From contig NZ_SJFN01000017.1 in NCBI RefSeq assembly GCF_004328075.1, positions 92,725-156,724 of the forward strand: DNA of 64,000 bases. The letters run 5' to 3'. Positions 1 through 10,032 of this stretch are shown piece by piece. The DNA is from Siculibacillus lacustris. GTDB lineage: Bacteria > Pseudomonadota > Alphaproteobacteria > Rhizobiales > Ancalomicrobiaceae. Made by a program: the position numbers and the translations under genes. The notes beneath the pieces are model-generated. The model saw nothing but the letters and a program-made list of their open reading frames with translations. It was not told where the DNA came from and made no database searches. Position 1 is the stretch's first letter, and every line of letters begins with the position of its first letter.

Positions 1-820
1 TCGGCGCCCATTCGGCGCCCGACATCAGGCCGAGGGCCGCGTCCTGAGTGGCGGGGAGGGTGGTCTCGTCGACGGTGAAGGCCGAGAGGAACGGCAGCTT
101 GCCGGTCAGCCCGGCCTGCGACCACTGCTTGACCAGGTTCACGCCCATGCCGCCGGGCATGAAGGTGAACACCGCATCGGGGCCGGCCGCGACGATCTTG
201 GCGATCTCGGCGGCGAAGTCGAGCTGGCCGAGCGGGGTGAAGATCTCGTCGAGCACCTCGCCCTTGAAATGGCGCTTGAAGCCGGCCATCGAGTCCTTGC
301 CGGCCTGATAGTTGGGGGTCATCAGCACGACCTTCTTGTACCCCTGGGCCTGGGCATAGGCGCCCATGGTCTCGTGGTTCTGGTCGTTCTGGTAGGAGGC
401 GGCGAAGAAATACGGCGAGCAGCCGGCCCCGGCGAGCGGCGACGGCCCGGCGTTGCCGGAGACGATGAAGGTCTCGCTCTCGAAGATCGGCTTGGCGATC
501 GCCATCATCACGTTGGAGAACACCACGCCGGCCACCACGTCGACGTGGTCGCGGTCGAGGAGCGCCTTGACCTTGGTCACCGCGACGTCGGGCTTCAGTT
601 CGTCGTCGACCACGATGACCTCGGTCGGCTGGCCGCCGAGCTTGCCACCGAGCTCCTTGACCGCCAGCTGGAAGCCGTCGCGCATGTGCACGCCGAGCGC
701 CGCCGAGGGGCCCGAGAGGGTCGAGACGAAGCCGATCTTGATCGGATCGGCCTCGGCCGCGAGGCTGGTCGCGGCGAGGAGAGCGGCCGTGCAGGCAGCG
801 GTAGCGGTCGTGCGAACCAT
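1..820 (-). CDS. Branched-chain amino acid ABC transporter substrate-binding protein (Liv-type); C-terminus runs off the window start
   Basis: Reverse-complement translation from ATG at 820 gives MVRTTATAACTAALLAATSLAAEADPIKIGFVSTLSGPSAALGVHMRDGFQLAVKEL...VVDDELKPDVAVTKVKALLDRDHVDVVAGVVFSNV..., i.e. a signal peptide plus the LivK/LivJ-like periplasmic binding fold. GGAAGGA Shine-Dalgarno upstream. No stop inside the window, so it is absent from the ORF track. Confidence 0.7.
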   Translation of the reverse strand, partial: MVRTTATAACTAALLAATSLAAEADPIKIGFVSTLSGPSAALGVHMRDGFQLAVKELGGKLGGQPTEVIVVDDELKPDVAVTKVKALLDRDHVDVVAGVVFSNVMMAIAKPIFESETFIVSGNAGPSPLAGAGCSPYFFAASYQNDQNHETMGAYAQAQGYKKVVLMTPNYQAGKDSMAGFKRHFKGEVLDEIFTPLGQLDFAAEIAKIVAAGPDAVFTFMPGGMGVNLVKQWSQAGLTGKLPFLSAFTVDETTLPATQDAALGLMSGAEWAP

Positions 821-1265
821 CGAGCGTTCCTTCCCCCGAGTTGCGGTGCGGCTCCTCCACGAGCCGCCCGGCGCCTCCTTTATAGAAGGCTTTGGCGGGA
901 AGTGTAGCCGCTTTGGCAGGCGCTTCCAGCCGCTTCGGAAGGCACGCCGGCGGCCCGCCGACGCCGCGTCATCGGGCGAGCGTGCGGGCCCTTGGACCTT
1001 CGTCCATCCGGGTGACACCCGACCCGGCTTTCATCGCATCGATCTCTGCGCCAAGATCGCCGGCGAGGACGCCGCTCGTGACGGACGCGGCGACGGATGC
1101 GACGACCGGGGGGGAGGGAGCCGACGGATTCGACCGGTCGGACCTCCGAGGAGTTCCAACGATGCCCACGACCTTGCGCGATGCCCGACCGCATCGCCCG
1201 CGACACGCGTGTCTCGACGGCCGCCGCGCCGATCGCCCGGCCGCGCTGGCCGGGGATCGGGCGCC

Positions 1266-2072
1266 ATGAACGAGGCGAGCCCGATCGGGCATTCGACCAA
1301 TCTGGTCGGCCTGTCGACGAGCTATCTCGCCGACGTCGCCTTCAACGAGGCGCCGCGCGAGCTCCACATCTCCGGCGTGCGCGAGATGAACGGGCCGTTG
1401 TTCGAGATGCTCGATCTCGCCGCCGATCTCGGCGAGGCCGGCGAAGCCTTCGCCACCTATCTGATGGCGATGTTCGCCATCGACGTCGAACAGCGCGAGG
1501 CGGGCGGCGCCGGCCGCCGGCGCTACCGCTCGTCGTGGCTGCGGCTGATCAAGGGCTGGGGCTACGACAGCAACGGCCCGGAAGGCGCGGTGTTGAAGGG
1601 CTGGGTGGAGAGCCGCTTCGGGCTGTTTCCGACCTGGCACAAGGCGGCGTTGACGCGCTTCTCGTCCGGGGTGTGGACGACCTACGTCGAAGAGAAGATG
1701 TCGAGCCGCTTCCACAACAACTCGATCTTCACCCAGCTCGACCTGCTCTACGAGTTCTGCCAATGGGCGCTCGCCCGCTTCGTCGCGCCGGGGCTGACCC
1801 ACCTGACGCTCTACCGCGGGATCAACGGATTCGACGAACACCCGGTGACGCGGCGGATCGACCGGCGTACGGTCGTGATGCGGTTGAACAGCCTGTCGTC
1901 GTTCTCCGCCGACCGCGAGGTCGCCGACTGTTTCGGCGACATCGTCCTGACGGCCCGGGTCCCGGTGCAGAAGATATTGTTCTTCAATACGTTGATGGCC
2001 TCCCATCCGCTCAAGGGGGAGGGCGAGTATCTGGTCGTGGGGGGCGATTACGTCGTCACGACGGCCTATTGA
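1266..2072 (+). CDS. draT: NAD+--dinitrogen-reductase ADP-D-ribosyltransferase DraT
   Basis: Translation MNEASPIGHSTNLVGLSTSYLADVAFNEAPRELHISGVREMNGPLFEMLDLAADLGE... (the IGHSTNL N-terminus is typical of DraT). It sits immediately upstream of an unambiguous draG with a 13-nt gap. The first ~270 aa of ORF 453..2072 is antisense to the ABC binding-protein gene and is not part of this gene. Confidence 0.8.
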   Translation: MNEASPIGHSTNLVGLSTSYLADVAFNEAPRELHISGVREMNGPLFEMLDLAADLGEAGEAFATYLMAMFAIDVEQREAGGAGRRRYRSSWLRLIKGWGYDSNGPEGAVLKGWVESRFGLFPTWHKAALTRFSSGVWTTYVEEKMSSRFHNNSIFTQLDLLYEFCQWALARFVAPGLTHLTLYRGINGFDEHPVTRRIDRRTVVMRLNSLSSFSADREVADCFGDIVLTARVPVQKILFFNTLMASHPLKGEGEYLVVGGDYVVTTAY

Positions 2073-2085
2073 GGAGGTCTCGCCG

Positions 2086-2985
2086 TTGCAGGTACCGATC
2101 GCGGATCGGGCGCTCGCCGCCTTTCTCGGCTTCGCCGTCGGCGACGCACTCGGCGCAACGGTCGAATTCATGACCCGCGGCGAGATCGCCAACCAATACG
2201 GGATCCATCGCGACATCGTCGGCGGCGGCTGGCTGCGGCTGAAGGCCGGCGCGGTCACCGACGACACCGACATGTCGCTGGCGTTGGCCCGCTCGCTGGT
2301 GCGCAAGGGCGATCTCGACCTCGTCGACCTCTGCGAGGAATTCGCCCGCTGGCTGAAGTCCGGGCCCGCCGACGTCGGCAACACCTGTCGGCGCGGGATC
2401 CGCCGCTTCATCACCCATGGCACCGTCGCCGGCCCCTTCGCCGAGGGCGACGCCGGCAACGGCGCGGCGATGCGCGTCCTGCCGGTGGCGCTGGCGACGA
2501 TCGGCGACGACGCGCGCGCCCGCGACTGGACCATCGCCCAGGCCCACGTCACCCACCATCACCCGCTGTCGGACGGCGCCTGCCTGGCGTTGGTCGACAT
2601 GGTCCGCGGTCTGGTGGTCGGCGGGACGATCGCCGAGGCGCGAGCCCGGGCCGACGCGCTGGTCGCCGACCAGCCGCCCTTCGCCTTCGTGCCCTTCCGC
2701 GGCCAGTCCTCGGCCTATGTGGTCGACACCATCCGCACCGTGTTCGACGCCTTCTTCGCCACCGACGGCTTCGAGGCCTGCCTGATCCGCACCGTCAACC
2801 AGGGCGGCGACGCCGACACCACCGGCGCCATCGTCGGCATGCTGGCCGGCGCTGCCTATGGCACCGAGGCGATCCCGCGCCGCTGGCTGAAGGTCCTCGA
2901 CCGCAGTGCGGCGGCCGAGATCCGCACCCTGGTGCCGGCCCTGCTCGCCCTCGCCAAACCCGCGTCGAACGGCGTCGGCGATTGA
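2086..2985 (+). CDS. draG: ADP-ribosyl-[dinitrogen reductase] glycohydrolase DraG
   Basis: 299 aa; AFLGFAVGDALGATVEFMTRGEIANQYGIHRDIVGGGWLRLKAGAVTDDTDMSLALARSL...VNQGGDADTTGAIVGMLAGAAYG matches DraG/ADP-ribosylhydrolase motifs nearly residue-for-residue with Rhodospirillum DraG as recalled. Confidence 0.9.
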   Translation: MQVPIADRALAAFLGFAVGDALGATVEFMTRGEIANQYGIHRDIVGGGWLRLKAGAVTDDTDMSLALARSLVRKGDLDLVDLCEEFARWLKSGPADVGNTCRRGIRRFITHGTVAGPFAEGDAGNGAAMRVLPVALATIGDDARARDWTIAQAHVTHHHPLSDGACLALVDMVRGLVVGGTIAEARARADALVADQPPFAFVPFRGQSSAYVVDTIRTVFDAFFATDGFEACLIRTVNQGGDADTTGAIVGMLAGAAYGTEAIPRRWLKVLDRSAAAEIRTLVPALLALAKPASNGVGD

Positions 2986-3063
2986 CGGGGCGGCTCCGGA
3001 TCGCCATCGTGCGCATCCCGGAATAATTCCGGCCATCGCGATTCTCCGGGACATATCAAACGG

Positions 3064-3492
3064 ATGTCGCAGTTTCTCGAAGTCTTCCGGCCACCCTTCG
3101 GCGCGCCGGACGCAGCCCTGCCGTCGGGGAAGAGGTATCGCGTGATCGATCGGACGACCACTTGGGCCCGCCGTCTGGCGCCGTTCGCCTGCACGGCGAT
3201 CGTCGTGCTGTCGCTCCTGCCGGGAACCTATCGGCCCCACACCGGCGCCTCCGGCAATTTCGAGCACGTCCTCGCCTATGCCGGGACCGGCCTCCTGCTG
3301 GCGCTCGGCTGGGCGGTGGCGCGGACCTGGCGCGGCCCGGTGTTCCTGTCCGCAGCCGCGGCGCTCCTCGAGGTGGCGCAGATCTGGATTCCCGGGCGCA
3401 GCGCCGGCCTCGACAACTGGGCGGCCTCGACCTTCGGAGCGACCCTCGGCGTCGTCCTCGCCGCCGCCTGGGTGCTGCGGCGCAACCGTTGA
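3064..3492 (+). CDS. VanZ-like family membrane protein
   Basis: 142 aa, 3-4 predicted TM helices (AIVVLSLLPG..., GLLLALGWAVA..., LGVVLAAAWVL). Size and topology fit the VanZ family. Weak RBS. Confidence 0.5.
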   Translation: MSQFLEVFRPPFGAPDAALPSGKRYRVIDRTTTWARRLAPFACTAIVVLSLLPGTYRPHTGASGNFEHVLAYAGTGLLLALGWAVARTWRGPVFLSAAAALLEVAQIWIPGRSAGLDNWAASTFGATLGVVLAAAWVLRRNR

Positions 3493-3777
3493 AGCGACGC
3501 CTTGGCAGCCGGGGAGGGGCTGGAAACCGCCCGCAGACCCCCGACTTGCGACGGTCTTTCCATATCGCGGCGAATGAGTTATCCGATTTAACAAGGAAGT
3601 AACCGTCGCGCGTGAATCATGGGGTGCGATCGGGGATCCGACGGATCCGCGAGCGCCTCGAAGATGCGACGACGGCGAACGCTCGAAGCGACGCCCGCGT
3701 TCCGACCGAGGTTCCGCCGCCGACCCGAAAGGTCCGGCTCCGGCACCGGGGGATCCGGAACCACGAGAGGAACGACG

Positions 3778-4905
3778 ATGCCCAAGGCGAAACGCACCTC
3801 GACGGGACGACGCCTCTCGGTGTCGGGATCGGCCGTCGTGCTCGCCTCGGTCCTGGTTTCCGGTTGTTCCACCGTCCAGCGTATCGCCTCGCTCTCCGAC
3901 GTCGAACCGATCGAGCGAGTGGTCGGCCCGCACGATCCGGTCACTCCCGGCGGTGGCCGCTATCAGGTCGGTCGCGCCTATTCGGTCGGCGGCCGCACCT
4001 ATGTGCCGCGCGAAGATCCCAACTACGATTCGACCGGCATCGCTTCGTGGTACGGCGGCGATTTCCACCACGGCACCCGCACCGCCAACGGCGAGGTCTA
4101 CGACCGCGGCACCCTCAGCGCCGCCCATCCGACGATGCCGCTGCCGTCCTATGCCCGCGTCACCAACTTGCGCAACGGCCGCTCGATCGTCGTCCGGGTC
4201 AACGATCGCGGCCCCTATGCCGCCAATCGGATCATCGACGTCTCCGAAAAGACCGCCGAATTGCTCGACATGAAGCGCCACGGCGTCGGCGGCGTGCGCG
4301 TCCAATACATCGGCCGGGCCGGCCTCGCCGGTTCCGATCAGCGCGTCCTCGCCGCCACCCTGCGCGGCCCCGGCATCGTCCCCGGCCTCGACGAGCGTCG
4401 CTTGCTCGCTTCCGCCGACCTGCCCGCCGGCCCGCGCCGCGACCAGCCCGCCACCACGGCGCCGACGCTGGTCGCCGATGCCGGCCCGATCCTGCCGCCG
4501 GCCGCCGCCGGCAACGTCTTCGCCAGCCGCATGGCGCCGCCACGCCCGCCGGTCCTCGCCGCGGCCCTGGTGCCGACCACCGATGCCGCCTCGTTCGAAC
4601 TCGCCGGTGTCGACGCCAAGGCGATGCGTGCCGCGATGGCCGCCCTGCCGCGCCCGGCGGCGAGTTCCGCCGAGGTGATCGCCTCCAATCTACCGGCCGC
4701 TTCCGGCGCACCGATGTCGATCCTGCCGCAGCCGGACGTCCCGGCGAACGCCGCGGCCTATGCCCCGGTCGCCGTGCCGCTGCCGAGCCCGCGCTCGTCC
4801 TTCGTCGCCGAATCGCGCATCGCCGCCGCCCACGCGATCTTCGCCGGGCTCGAGGGCGGCACGCGCTTCTCCGAACTCGCCGGATCCGGGCCGACGACCC
4901 GCTGA
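3778..4905 (+). CDS. rlpA: Septal ring lytic transglycosylase RlpA family lipoprotein (DPBB domain) with a long Ala/Pro-rich C-terminal extension
   Basis: Start chosen at MPKAKRTSTGRRLSVSGSAVVLASVLVSGC (lipobox VSGC) with a GAGAGGAACGACG RBS. The DPBB core is YSVGGRTYVPREDPNYDSTGIASWYGGDFHHGTRTANGEVYDRGTLSAAHPTMPLPSYARVTNLRNGRSIVVRVNDRGPY. The C-terminal ~230 aa is low-complexity A/P-rich; no obvious SPOR motif. Confidence 0.75.
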   Translation: MPKAKRTSTGRRLSVSGSAVVLASVLVSGCSTVQRIASLSDVEPIERVVGPHDPVTPGGGRYQVGRAYSVGGRTYVPREDPNYDSTGIASWYGGDFHHGTRTANGEVYDRGTLSAAHPTMPLPSYARVTNLRNGRSIVVRVNDRGPYAANRIIDVSEKTAELLDMKRHGVGGVRVQYIGRAGLAGSDQRVLAATLRGPGIVPGLDERRLLASADLPAGPRRDQPATTAPTLVADAGPILPPAAAGNVFASRMAPPRPPVLAAALVPTTDAASFELAGVDAKAMRAAMAALPRPAASSAEVIASNLPAASGAPMSILPQPDVPANAAAYAPVAVPLPSPRSSFVAESRIAAAHAIFAGLEGGTRFSELAGSGPTTR

Positions 4906-5329
4906 TCGCCGTTCGCGCCGTGATCGGGGTAGCCGAAGCGTCTGTTGTCTTATCTCGAAACCGGAGTCCTTCGCGTCGCTCGGGCCTGACTTCCGCTGTC
5001 GTCCCCGGCGAGCCCGAAGGGCGAGGGAAGGGGACCCAGAAGCCACACGGGAAACGCCGAAGATTCGCCAGCATACCCCCGTGGATCCCCTTCCCCTCCG
5101 CCGGCTTGCGCCGGCTCCGGCCGGGGATGACGGCCGAGGGGCGGGCAGAGTCATGGAGTCATGTTGATATACCCCTGTGCTCCCAGGGGCGCGCCCTCTC
5201 ATCCCGCGCGGTCCTGCCCGCCATCCTTCGGTTGGCCGCGGCGGCTCGCCTCTCCTATACTGTGGCGAACGAGGAATCGCTCGGGACGGCCGCTCCGTCG
5301 GGCGGCGTCGACGAAGGATGGGCATCCGC

Positions 5330-6559
5330 ATGACGGCAAATGTTTCGGCACGCGGTCCGCGCGGGGTCATCGCCCGGCTGGCCGCCGCAGTGCTCTGTCT
5401 CGCGCTGGTCGGCGCGACCAAGCCGCCGGCCAAGGCGCCGGGGAAGACCGGCTCGACGCCGGCCGCCGCGGCGGCCATGGACACCAAGGCCGACATCGCG
5501 CTGCTGGTCGACTACGCCACCGGCACGACGCTGTTCGAGAAGAACGCCGAACGCTCGTTCCCGCCGGCCAGCCTGACCAAGATGATGACCATGGCGGTGA
5601 CCTTCCGCGAGATCGCCGAGGGCCGGCTGTCGCTCGACGGTGAATTCCCGATCTCCGAACACGCCTGGCGCACCGGCGGCGCGCCGTCGCACACCTCGTC
5701 GATGTTCGCGCCGATCAACTCCAAGGCCAAGATCGTCGATCTGTTGCAAGGGGTGATGATCCAGTCGGCCAACGACGGCGCCATCGCCATCGCCGAGGGC
5801 ATCGCCGGCACCGAATCCGCCTTCGCCGACCTGATGAACCGACGGGCCAAGGAGATCGGGCTGGAGAACTCCAACTTCACCAATCCGACCGGGCTGCCCG
5901 ATCCGGCCAATCGCTCGACCGCTCGCGATCTGGCGGCGATCGCCCGCCACCTGATCACCGACTACCCCGACCTCTACAAGTTCTATTCGCAGCGCGAATT
6001 CACCTACAACAAGATCCGCCAGCTGAACCGCAACCCGCTGCTCGCAGAGGGGCTCGGCGCCGACGGCGTCAAGACCGGCTACATCAAGGAGTCGGGCTAC
6101 AACATCGTCGGCTCGGCGGTGCAGAACGGCCAGCGGCTGATCGTGGTGATCGGCGGCGCGGCGACCGAGAAGGAGCGCGGCGAGGACGCCCGCAAGCTGC
6201 TCGACTGGGGCTTCCGCACCTTCGAATCGGTGCGCCTCTACGGCGCCGGCGAGAGCATCGGCGAGGCGATGGTGTTCGGCGGCACCGCCAACGGCGTCAA
6301 GGTCGCCGCCGCCAAGAACGTCGACATCCTGATCCCCCGCGGCAATCGCGACAAGCTGCGCGCCCGGGTGGTCTACACCGGCCCGATCAAGGCGCCGATC
6401 GCCAAGGACCAGCCGATCGGCAAACTGGTGGTCACCCGCAACGAACAGGTGATCCAGGAGATCCCGGTCGCCGCGGCGGAGTCGATCGAGGTCGGCACCT
6501 TGCGACAGCGCGCCGTCGACGGCACCCGCGAACTGCTGATGGGTCTGCTGCGGCGATGA
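5330..6559 (+). CDS. D-alanyl-D-alanine carboxypeptidase (PBP5/6 family, serine-type)
   Basis: MTANVSARGPRGVIARLAAAVLCLALVGA signal; SLTKMMT (SxxK), SANDGAIA (SxN) and KTGY (KTG) motifs in canonical order; C-terminal PBP5 domain. Confidence 0.85.
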   Translation: MTANVSARGPRGVIARLAAAVLCLALVGATKPPAKAPGKTGSTPAAAAAMDTKADIALLVDYATGTTLFEKNAERSFPPASLTKMMTMAVTFREIAEGRLSLDGEFPISEHAWRTGGAPSHTSSMFAPINSKAKIVDLLQGVMIQSANDGAIAIAEGIAGTESAFADLMNRRAKEIGLENSNFTNPTGLPDPANRSTARDLAAIARHLITDYPDLYKFYSQREFTYNKIRQLNRNPLLAEGLGADGVKTGYIKESGYNIVGSAVQNGQRLIVVIGGAATEKERGEDARKLLDWGFRTFESVRLYGAGESIGEAMVFGGTANGVKVAAAKNVDILIPRGNRDKLRARVVYTGPIKAPIAKDQPIGKLVVTRNEQVIQEIPVAAAESIEVGTLRQRAVDGTRELLMGLLRR

Positions 6560-7257
6560 GCGGCCCGTCCGAGCCGCCGCCCGCCGGCGCCGAAGCGCCC
6601 GATCGCCCGATCCGACGCGGGCGGTTCGTCACCTTCGAGGGCGGGGAGGGGACCGGCAAGTCGACCCAGATCGCCCGCCTCGCCGATCGCCTGCGCGCCG
6701 GCGGCCTCGACGTGGTGGCGACCCGCGAGCCCGGCGGTTCGCCCGGCGCCGAATGCGTCCGCCACGTGCTGCTGTCGGGGGGCGCCGAGGCCTTCGGGCC
6801 GCTCGCCGAAGCGATCCTGTTCGCCGCCGCCCGCGCCGACCACGTCGACACCACGATCCGCCCGGCGCTGGACCGCGGCGCCTGGGTGCTGAGCGATCGC
6901 TTCTACGATTCCGCCCGCGTCTACCAGGGCGCGGACGGCGCGGTTCCGGCCGCCACCCTCGCCGCGCTCGAGGATGCCGCGGTCGGCGACACCCGCCCCG
7001 ACCTCACGGTGCTCCTCGATCTGCGCGCCGACATCGGCCTCGCCCGCGCCGCCGCCCGTCGCGGCGCCGCCACCGTCGATCGCTTCGAGCGTGAGGCGGT
7101 GGCGGTCCACGAGGCCCGCCGACTGGCCTTCCTGAAGCTCGCCGGGGCCGAACCGGAGCGTTTCCTGGTGGTCGACGCCGCACGCGACGCCGCGGCGGTC
7201 GCCGAAGCGGTGTGGAATGGTCTATGCTCGCGGCTCGGTCGGCCCACCGCGCCCTGA
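6556..7257 (+). CDS. tmk: Thymidylate kinase
   Basis: FVTFEGGEGTGKSTQ P-loop, DRFYDSARVYQG, LVVDAARD lid. Four-nucleotide start overlap with the upstream gene. Confidence 0.9.
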   Translation: MSGPSEPPPAGAEAPDRPIRRGRFVTFEGGEGTGKSTQIARLADRLRAGGLDVVATREPGGSPGAECVRHVLLSGGAEAFGPLAEAILFAAARADHVDTTIRPALDRGAWVLSDRFYDSARVYQGADGAVPAATLAALEDAAVGDTRPDLTVLLDLRADIGLARAAARRGAATVDRFEREAVAVHEARRLAFLKLAGAEPERFLVVDAARDAAAVAEAVWNGLCSRLGRPTAP

Positions 7258-7291
7258 CCGGCCCGTTCCTCCCACCCCCAGAGACGTCCGC

Positions 7292-8365
7292 ATGGCCCAG
7301 CGCCCCACCTCCGTCGCCGAGGCGAGTCCCGAGATCGACGCGATCGACGGGATGCCGCTGCCGCGTCGGCGGACCGATCTGATCGAACAGACCGCCGCCG
7401 AGGCGACGCTGCTCGACGCCTATCGCTCGGGACGGATCCACCATGCCTGGATCCTCGGTGGCCCCAAGGGCATCGGCAAGGCGACGTTGGCCTTCCGCTT
7501 CGCCCGTTTCGTGCTCGCCCATGCCGACCCGGCCGATCCGGCGGTCCTCGCGGCGCGCGACCTGTCGGTGCCGGCCGATCATCCGGTCGCCCGGCGCATC
7601 GCCGGCGGCGCCCACATGGACCTGCTCCACCTGCGCCGGCCCTGGGACGAGAAGAACAAGCGCTTCAAGACCGATCTGCCGGTCGACGAGGTCCGCCGCA
7701 CCGTCGGCTTCTTCGGCTCGACCGCCGGGGAGGGGGGCTGGCGCATCGCCATCGTCGACGCCGCCGACGACCTCAACGGCAATGCCGCCAACGCCCTGCT
7801 CAAGGTGCTGGAGGAGCCGCCGCCGCGCTCGCTGTTCCTGGTGGTCGCCCATGCGCCGGGCCGCCTGCTGCCGACCATCCGCTCGCGCTGCCGACGCCTC
7901 GATCTCGAACCGCTCACCCCGCACGCCATCGCCGGCGCCCTGACCGAGGCCGGCATCGAGGGCGATCCGCGCCATTTCGCCGCCGCCGCCGATCTCGCCG
8001 ACGGCAGCCTGCGCCGCGCCGTGACGCTGCTGCGCAGCGACGGCGTCACCTTGTGGCGCAACCTCGAGACGCTGATCGCCGGCGCCCCCGACATCGACAT
8101 CCGCGCCGCTCATGCCTTCGCCGACCGGGTGGCGGCGCGCGGCGCCGACGACGCCCTCGACGTCGCCGTCGACTTCATGACCGACGTCGCCGGGGCACGT
8201 GCCCGCGCCGCCCTCGAGACCTCCGGCATCGATGCCGCGGCCCGCTGGGCGGAGGCCCACGACGCCGTCGGCCGCATCGTCGCCCGTTCCGAAGCGCTCA
8301 ACCTCGACCGCAAGGCCGCGGTGCTGGCGTGCCTGCGGACCCTTGCCGAGGCGGCGCGGAATTGA
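7292..8365 (+). CDS. holB: DNA polymerase III subunit delta'
   Basis: [26 protein letters not shown] (AAA+ Walker A), [29 protein letters not shown]. The tmk-holB-metG-tatD order is conserved. Confidence 0.85.
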   Translation: MAQRPTSVAEASPEIDAIDGMPLPRRRTDLIEQTAAEATLLDAYRSGRIHHAWILGGPKGIGKATLAFRFARFVLAHADPADPAVLAARDLSVPADHPVARRIAGGAHMDLLHLRRPWDEKNKRFKTDLPVDEVRRTVGFFGSTAGEGGWRIAIVDAADDLNGNAANALLKVLEEPPPRSLFLVVAHAPGRLLPTIRSRCRRLDLEPLTPHAIAGALTEAGIEGDPRHFAAAADLADGSLRRAVTLLRSDGVTLWRNLETLIAGAPDIDIRAAHAFADRVAARGADDALDVAVDFMTDVAGARARAALETSGIDAAARWAEAHDAVGRIVARSEALNLDRKAAVLACLRTLAEAARN

Positions 8366-8457
8366 GTATGCCGGACCCAGACCCTGTCGCCGGGCGCCGC
8401 CCGTCGACCCTCGAACCGGCGCGAGGCCCGATCGCCTCGCCCGAGGACCCCGAGACC

Positions 8458-10032
8458 ATGACCCGACCGAAATTCTTCCTCACCACTGCGATCGACTATC
8501 CCAACGGCCGCCCCCACGTCGGGCACGCCTACGAGAAGCTCGCCACCGACGCGCTCGCCCGCTTCAAGCGGCTCGACGGCTTCGACGTGTTCTTCCTGAC
8601 CGGCACCGACGAACACGGCCTCAAGATGCACCAGACCGCGGGCCGCGAAGGCGTGACCCCGCGCGAACTGGTCGATCGCAATTCGGCGGTGTTCAAGGAC
8701 ATGGACGCGGCGCTGGAGGTCTCCTACGACCGCTTCATCCGCACCACCGAGCCCGAGCATCACGCCTCGGTCCAGGAAGTGTGGCGGCGGATGGCGGCGG
8801 CCGGCGACCTCTACAAGTCGAATTACGGCGGTTGGTACTCGGTCCGCGACGAGGCCTATTACACCGAAGCCGAGACGGCGGTCGGCGACGACAGCATCCG
8901 CCGCGCCACCCCGACCGGCACGCCGGTCGAGTGGACCGAGGAGGAGAGCTGGTTCTTCCGCCTCTCCGCGTTCCAGGAGCGGCTGCTCGCCCATTACGAG
9001 GCCCATCCCGACTTCATCGGCCCCGACAGCCGCAAGAACGAGGTGTTGAGCTTCGTCAGGGGAGGGCTGGAAGACCTGTCGATGAGTCGCACCACCTTCG
9101 ACTGGGGCATCCCGGTGCCGGGCTCGCCGGGCCACGTGATGTACGTGTGGGTCGACGCGCTGACCAACTACATCACCGGCGCGGGCTTCCCCGACGAGGC
9201 GTCCGAGGAGTACAAGAAGTGGTGGCCGGCCGATCTCCACGTGATCGGCAAGGACATCGTGCGCTTCCATGCGGTCTATTGGCCGGCCTTCCTGATGTCG
9301 GCCGGGCTGCCGCTGCCCAAGCGGGTGTTCGCCCACGGCTTCATCTTCAACAAGGGCGAGAAGATGTCGAAGTCGGTCGGCAACGTCGTCGACCCCTTCG
9401 ATCTGGTCAAGGCCTATGGCCCCGATCCGGTCCGCTTCTTCTTCCTGCGCGAAGTGCCCTTCGGCCAGGACGGCAGCTATTCGCACGAGTCGATCGTCGC
9501 CCGGATGAACGCCGATCTCGCCAACGATCTCGGCAATCTCGCCCAGCGCTCGCTGTCGATGATCGCCAAGAACTGCGGCGGTGTGGTGCCGGTGCCGGGG
9601 CCGCTGTCGGCCGCCGACACCACGCTGCTCGAACGCGCCGATGCGCTGATCGGCGTGTCGCGCGCCGCCTACGACCGCCAGGAGATCCACAAGAGCCTCG
9701 AGGCGATCTGGGCGGTGGTCGCCGACGCCAACCGCTGGTTCACGGTGGAGGCGCCGTGGGCGCTGAAGAAGACCGATCCGGCGCGCATGGGCACCATCCT
9801 GTGGGTCACCGCCGAGCTCATCCGCATCGTCGCGCTGCTCGCCCAACCGGTGATCCCGGGCTCGGCCGGCAAGCTCCTCGATGCGCTGGCGCAGGCACCC
9901 GAGGACCGCGACTTCGCGGCGATCGGTCGGCGGTTGGTCGCCGGAACGGTGCTGCCCGCCCCGACGCCGGTCTTCCCGAAATGGGTCGACCCGGTCGAGG
10001 ACGCGCCCCCGGTCGGGGAGCCGCGCCGCTGA
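8458..10032 (+). CDS. metG: Methionine--tRNA ligase
   Basis: [28 protein letters not shown] (HIGH motif), [12 protein letters not shown] (KMSKS). 524 aa. Confidence 0.9.
   Translation: MTRPKFFLTTAIDYPNGRPHVGHAYEKLATDALARFKRLDGFDVFFLTGTDEHGLKMHQTAGREGVTPRELVDRNSAVFKDMDAALEVSYDRFIRTTEPEHHASVQEVWRRMAAAGDLYKSNYGGWYSVRDEAYYTEAETAVGDDSIRRATPTGTPVEWTEEESWFFRLSAFQERLLAHYEAHPDFIGPDSRKNEVLSFVRGGLEDLSMSRTTFDWGIPVPGSPGHVMYVWVDALTNYITGAGFPDEASEEYKKWWPADLHVIGKDIVRFHAVYWPAFLMSAGLPLPKRVFAHGFIFNKGEKMSKSVGNVVDPFDLVKAYGPDPVRFFFLREVPFGQDGSYSHESIVARMNADLANDLGNLAQRSLSMIAKNCGGVVPVPGPLSAADTTLLERADALIGVSRAAYDRQEIHKSLEAIWAVVADANRWFTVEAPWALKKTDPARMGTILWVTAELIRIVALLAQPVIPGSAGKLLDALAQAPEDRDFAAIGRRLVAGTVLPAPTPVFPKWVDPVEDAPPVGEPRR

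Noticed and set aside
453-2072. 539-aa ORF spanning the upstream intergenic region and draT
   Set aside because: Its first ~270 codons are the antisense frame of the Liv-type binding-protein gene (high-GC open frame with no protein-like composition). DraT homology begins at the ATG at 1266, 13 nt before draG.
2056-4305. 749-aa minus-strand ORF antisense to draG, the VanZ-like gene and rlpA, and similar giant antisense ORFs (969..2552-, 26922..29903+, 29600..32173+, 39158..41332- N-terminal part, 48031..50364-, 57652..59829+ N-terminal part)
   Set aside because: These are typical GC-rich shadow ORFs: Arg/Gly/Ala/Pro-dominated and low-complexity, each fully overlapped by a confidently identified gene on the other strand or frame.
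4906-5329. Imperfect inverted repeat gagggaaggggac ... gatccccttcccctc in the rlpA-dacC intergenic region, considered as a mobile element or REP copy
   Set aside because: The arms are only loosely related to the 30.3-kb REP motif and contain indels, and there is a single occurrence; it is more likely a terminator or attenuator-type hairpin. Mentioned only for completeness.
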